This document shows, in pieces, positions 63,761-64,000 of a DNA stretch of 64,000 bases (its first letter is position 1; each line of letters opens with the position of its first letter). The notes below the pieces were generated by a model. It was not told where the DNA came from and made no database searches. It was given only the letters and a program-made list of their open reading frames with translations. The position numbers and the translations under genes were made by a program. Source of the DNA: Desulfomonilia bacterium (lineage in GTDB: Bacteria > Desulfobacterota > Desulfomonilia > UBA1062); assembly GCA_963664325.2 (NCBI GenBank), contig CAXXDQ010000004.1, positions 832,001-896,000 of the forward strand. The letters are read 5' to 3'.

Positions 63761-64000
63761 ATGAGTGCAACAGCAGCTTTATTCGACATGGACCATACGC
63801 TGATCTGGGTGAATTCTGGACACTCCTCCATCGTGCTTGCAAAAAGACTGGGTCTGGTAAACTCAAGCCAGCTTCTAAAAGGGATATATAAAATACTGCT
63901 CTACAGGCTTGCCCTGCTTAATATAAACGAATGGTATGAAGCTAATATAAGCACGCTTAAAGGCCTCAGTATCGAAGATTTGGATTTTTTTGCCGGCCTC
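63761..64000 (+). CDS. HAD-IB family phosphatase, 3'-truncated by the window edge
   Basis: MSATAALFDMDHTLI (DxDxT motif). Confidence 0.8.
   Translation, partial: MSATAALFDMDHTLIWVNSGHSSIVLAKRLGLVNSSQLLKGIYKILLYRLALLNINEWYEANISTLKGLSIEDLDFFAGL

Noticed and set aside
1-64000. Many antisense or overlapping ORFs in the track; CRISPR, tRNA (including selC), rRNA and IS elements
   Set aside because: The shadow ORFs lie over well-supported genes and lack motifs; I recognised no repeat-spacer array, cloverleaf, transposase or integrase by eye

Overview
A 64 kb chromosomal window of roughly 46% GC (estimated by eye). Gene content suggests an anaerobic Desulfobacterota (deltaproteobacterial) organism: desulfoferrodoxin, flavodiiron protein, rubrerythrins, a four-subunit 2-oxoacid:ferredoxin oxidoreductase, membrane pyrophosphatase and SelB. 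It holds an oxygen-defence cluster with a PerR-type box, pgk-tpiA-secG, purF, a P2-type ATPase, a MoxR/VWA-lipA-hom-apgM gene run, a Cpx-like two-component locus, amino-sugar genes, xth, a porin, an S1 paralog, hppA, bamD, selB, serC, a metal-efflux pair, merR/fadH and a lipid-modification locus. I saw no rRNA, tRNA, CRISPR or intact mobile element. The 38-42 kb region and single sites in selB and serC carry small indels, mostly in homopolymers, that look like sequencing errors. Highlights: (1) a CDF-like cation transporter whose UGA is followed by a SECIS-like hairpin and a short in-frame Cys-containing tail, a candidate selenoprotein 3 kb from selB; (2) a sigma54 promoter with three enhancer palindromes spaced 42 bp apart, driving three tiny membrane proteins divergent from a P-type ATPase; (3) a ceramide-deacylase-like lipoprotein next to a bacterial ceramide-synthase-like GNAT and a HAD phosphatase. 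All family assignments come from motif recognition, not database searches.
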